Shown here: positions 59,951-64,000 of the stretch, piece after piece
Layout: each line of letters begins with the position of its first letter
How positions within the stretch are numbered: position 1 is the first letter of the stretch
Assembly (NCBI GenBank): GCA_002633005.1
Contig: NMRA01000592.1
Location: 134,855 to 198,854 of the forward strand
Direction of reading: 5' to 3'
Length of the DNA: 64,000 nt
Source of the DNA: Phoronis australis
Lineage: Eukaryota > Animalia > Phoronida
Made by a program: the position numbers and the translations under genes
The notes under the pieces: generated by a model
What the model saw: the letters and a program-made list of their open reading frames with translations, nothing else
Databases searched by the model: none
Told to the model about the DNA's origin: nothing

Positions 59951-61939
59951 ACAACCCAGCACACCTCCCAACCACAAGTACATCTTGCGTACACATTGTA
60001 TCGTCCAGGTGAATTGGTTTCATCGTAATAATCCCCGATAAAAGACACTTCAGTGGCTCGGCTTCTTGGAGACAAGATAACAGTGTTTGATTTACTGTCA
60101 AAGTTCATGACATATGTGCTGGGTCTGTGCTCACACTCCTGGCCGTTATGTTTCAAATGAATGTTTAATATGGTAATGTGAAATGCAGCTGGTATTGCTA
60201 GACCTGTTCCTTGAAAGGTAATTTCTTGTTATTTTTGAATTTGCATTTTTTTTTCGTTTGTAACACCCTGTGTTTCTGTCCAAACAACACATGGTAGATT
60301 TTTGTTTTCGTTCCTTGTAAAAGCTTGATGTTTGTGAGTAGTGAGTGAATGTAAAGTGTCTAGTGGATGTGTGTTACTTGGTCTTGTAACTATCGGTCAG
60401 TTGTTATATCTACCTAAATCAATTAAATTATCACACGTTTTAGAGATTTTGGTGTTTTTTGAGATTTTTTGACGGGCACCCCATTTACTTGTTTAGAGAA
60501 AGTGAGGCAAACTCTGTTTTCTAAATACTTATTCACATTCAAGATTTTGTTTGGTTTCATACAAACAGCAAAAGATGTCAAATAAGTGAACTTGAATAGA
60601 CCCCTACAATTTCCCAATGTAAATACCAATCAACAGTGTGATAAGTTGCCAGTTGTGTGAGATGGCTTGAAGGTCTTTGTAACTGTTGTGCAGCCCTACT
60701 GTTCAGGTTGCATGTTAGCCTGTTCAATTGTGTAGTGTGCAGGTATCTACTTCATAACAGCTCTTATCACTCAAATCACTTAAACCCCCTTTCTTCTAGG
60801 GAATTATTTGGTAGCATAGCAATCTTATAAAAGGTGGATTATTTAGGAGTGAAAAGTTTGATTACATTATGAAGTTTATCATGTTATAGGTGATCAAAGC
60901 TGTTGAGGTGAGGTGAGTTGTATATTTGGGAACTCTTTACTGGATGCGTATACTGGGGTAGTAACCATTCCATGGTAGTATGTCTTAATCCCAGCTATGA
61001 TATCCTAAACCCCAGTCCTGTGCCAGCAAATACCAAACCTCCAGTACAAATTCCATACCAGTGTGTCTACACTACATTTGTGTATTGAAAATAGCACTTC
61101 ATGCTTGGAGAGCGGACCAAACTCCAGTCCCATACCCATGGTCAGGTGATGGCCATCCAGGCACGCCTGAATAAACTGGAAAGTTCATATGAAAAATTCA
61201 GCACCAAGTGGTCTCTACAACCACCTTAAGTTTGTCTTCTTGTGGTGACATATTGGTTTTGCTGCACCTGAATTTGGACTTCCTGCTCTGAGTTTGGAAA
61301 GCAATGAGACGGGTTTGATAATGGGACTTTACATGTTTGGTAAAGCATGTGGTCACTTTGATTTAATTTGGACACTAGTTCAAGCACACATTCTAACAAG
61401 TCAAACCTCCAACAGTGTCGACATGGACTTTCACACTACCTTCTTGAATTTTTAGCAATAACCATGATGGAGTTTGCATGTTTCTGATGGTGTAGTGACC
61501 ACATGGGCTGTCTACCCTTAGTGCATATATGGCCGGTGAATCAGGTGGCATTTGGCGTTCAGAGCCGAGGTCTAACCTCTACACTTGTAACGAGTCAAAA
61601 ATCAGCCAGTATTGCATGACAGGCTTGGAGTAAACATATTACAAATTTATTCTCAAATTATGCGTGGTGATTGGTTAAGTTTCAAGTCTGTGTTCAGAGA
61701 GACTTGCCCCTGGTCTGCCATCTCTACATTTTTGTGTCTTTCCAAATTCTGGAGCTGATAGGTATTGATTGGTCTATCTTGAATAACGTTATTGGTCCTT
61801 AAAGCAAATACAGAAAAATGGAAATGAAAACGAGATGTGGAATAAGTAATTAAAGCACTGTCTTTTTTCTGGAGAATGTGTTTTAAAATTGAGTGATTTT
61901 TGTTTTTGCACGAGTGTGGTGTCCTTACCTGAACTTAAT

Positions 61940-62030
61940 ATATTACAGGTGTATTACATATTTATTACACATACATTACACATACATTACACATGCATTA
62001 CACATACATTACATATATACATCACACATA
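61940..62030. repeat. Short tandem repeat (attacacatac)n
   Basis: 11-bp unit, about 7 imperfect copies. Confidence 0.88.
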
Positions 62031-63073
62031 CCCTTGTTACGCATACTTTGGTAGCTCAACCCATGTAATGTGTATACTTTCTCATGCAGCGGATAGTTAT
62101 GGTGCAGACATTTTATGACAACCTTCAGTCCAATACCACCTACAGTGTTGCTCTCTTGTAGTTGGCTTGTGTTAGGACAATAATCAACATTGTACTATCA
62201 AGGGTTCTCTCTTGTTCTCTAACTTTTCTTTACAATTCTGTACTACCAAAGTACAGGCTGATTGCACACTTGGTAACTATCAAAAACACATTACTTTCAA
62301 TCAACAGGTATTGTTGGACTCCTCTAATAAACACTGTGGTTTACTGAGAAAACATGTAGCCAGTAGTTGAGTAAGTGTGTCTTGAACACTTTTACTGTAC
62401 TCTTGCCAACTTATCCTCACCAGGTATGTTGACTGAGTGAACCATGACATTCACCTTATCGTGTTATCAGATAGTCATTTGTATGCCTAATTGAAACTGG
62501 CTGTGAATGTATCAGATTGAGAAATGTCACTGACTGAGGATTGGTGTGGCTACTGATCTAATAACTAGCTCAGGTGGTGTATGAAAGGTCAGGTACAGAA
62601 TATAGTGTCGTGTGAACATTCACTTACTTTCTGGTCTTGTAATGGCTCCATGCGAATCTTGTCAGAACCAGTTTGGTGCTCATTATGCACTGGAGCGGGG
62701 GGGGGCGACGAATTTAAAAATATGGTTCCCTGTAAACGAGTAACCACTGTTTTTATAGATGAAGAGCAATTCTAATGTTAAAAAGGTGCCTTAGTGTTGA
62801 ATTGGCCTGTTTATGGCTCAAAAACTAGTCTTTTGAGAACATTTGTATTAAGCTAACTACTAATGTGTTGCTGAGTAGTTGTTGTAATTCAGATGGCAAG
62901 ACATCCAGTTTTGTATTGACTGTTTTGTTCAAAAGTATTTTGTCATTTGTGCTATGCTGCTTGTAAGTTAAAAGTCTGCCTTTGGCTTATTCCAAGGTTA
63001 GCAGTATTGTTTTCTTATAGACTTTAACACCTCCTTCAAAACTGTCCTTTGAAACTGTAAATATAACTTAGAG

Positions 63074-63405
63074 CCTCCAACTAACTGTGATTATGTATGT
63101 TAGTTGGAACCTCCAACTAACTGTGATTATTTATGTTAGTTGGAACCTCCAACACATACATAATCACAGTTAGTTGGAACCTCCAACACATACATAATCA
63201 CAGTTAGTTGGAGGTTCCAACTAACGATGACTGTATGACTTGGTTCCTCTAACGAGCTATGACTAGGATTTGGAGCTTCCAGCTTAGCTTTAATGTAAAT
63301 ATGACTTGGGGTTTCCAGCTAACTATGATTGTAAATGTGATGCAGAGCTTCTAACTAGCTATGACTGTAAATAAGACTTGAAACTTCCAACTAGAGCTAT
63401 GAGTG
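63074..63405. repeat. ~36-bp tandem repeat with an internal inversion, decaying to the right
   Basis: cctccaactaactgtgattatgtatgttagttggaa twice, then two reverse-complement units, then degenerate forward units. Confidence 0.85.
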
Positions 63406-63615
63406 CAATGAACTCATTGCCCCCCCCCCTCCCTCCGATCAGTAGAGGTATAATNTTGCCCCCCCCCCCCTCCCTCCGATCAGTAGAGGTATAATCTCCA
63501 TAAAGTGTTCTAGAGTACTGGGTACAGATTTGATTGATGAAAACTGAATTCTTTTAAAGGTGGATTGAATACAACTGTGGCATATTTAGACTGTCATTCA
63601 GGTATACTTTTGCAG

Positions 63616-63671
63616 GTGTTCCACTGCCTAAAATCACTGAAGAACCAGCAAGAGTGACATGCAGGCCTAAG
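63616..63671 (+). other. Candidate exon of the unidentified + strand gene
   Basis: cttttgcag acceptor and AAG|gtaggt donor, 56 nt; one frame reads VPLPKITEEPARVTCRPK. No homology recognised. Confidence 0.3.
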
Positions 63672-64000
63672 GTAGGTGGTTTGTCTGTCATGTTCTGCTA
63701 TGGGAACTCTTGAATTGTATCCAGGTGACCACTTGAACCAGCGCAAGTTGCACCTGGGAAAACTTATGCCTGATCAGCTGAGTGCCCACAAAACAATGCC
63801 ACGTGCCAAACCAGTAGTAGAAGGCTGAACAAACACAGCTTTGGATTGTTCCGGGTAAAAAGTGAACAAAGTACGGGGTTCTTTTGTATACAAAGTAAAT
63901 GAAAGCAGACAGCAACTGCTTGTGACCCGTGTTGTGTTTCGGTCTATCATTACAATTATCGCCAGGTCCAGTTCTCCAAATGACTATGTTTTATGTGCGT

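Noticed and set aside
63074-63405. CRISPR-like 36-bp palindromic repeats
   Set aside because: Units are contiguous with no spacers and change orientation.
63417-63494. Direct duplication ttgcccc...gaggtataat
   Set aside because: The two copies flank a single N at 63455 and differ only in C-run length: an unmerged contig overlap.
47400-63900. Many 60-100 aa ORFs on both strands
   Set aside because: No recognisable domains and no consistent splice-phase chain; expected by chance in AT-rich intron-like DNA.

Overview
Eukaryotic (metazoan, probably marine invertebrate) AT-rich genomic DNA with spliceosomal introns, two N-gaps and many short non-autonomous transposons. It is not prokaryotic and has no CRISPR, rRNA or tRNA. 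Two protein genes are recognisable. (1) The 3' part of a ZNFX1-like gene on + (SF1/UPF1-type helicase plus NF-X1 zinc-finger array): a >3.1 kb exon ending at 3127 and a probable terminal exon at 5178-5398. (2) A nearly complete HFM1/MER3 meiotic DEIH helicase gene on - (about 45366 to 9155): 35 exons reconstructed by hand, one GC-AG intron, three unresolved phase breaks. A probable third gene starts divergently near 47.3 kb but has no identifiable coding sequence here. The most unusual element is a 288-bp Penelope-like insertion in an HFM1 intron (11095-11382, 14-bp target duplication). It forms an 83-bp inverted repeat whose arms each carry a minimal hammerhead-ribozyme motif with a GCAA core variant. 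Also notable are the atypical ZNFX1 architecture and a 33-bp templated insertion. All calls come from reading the sequence and recalling family motifs; no database searches were run.
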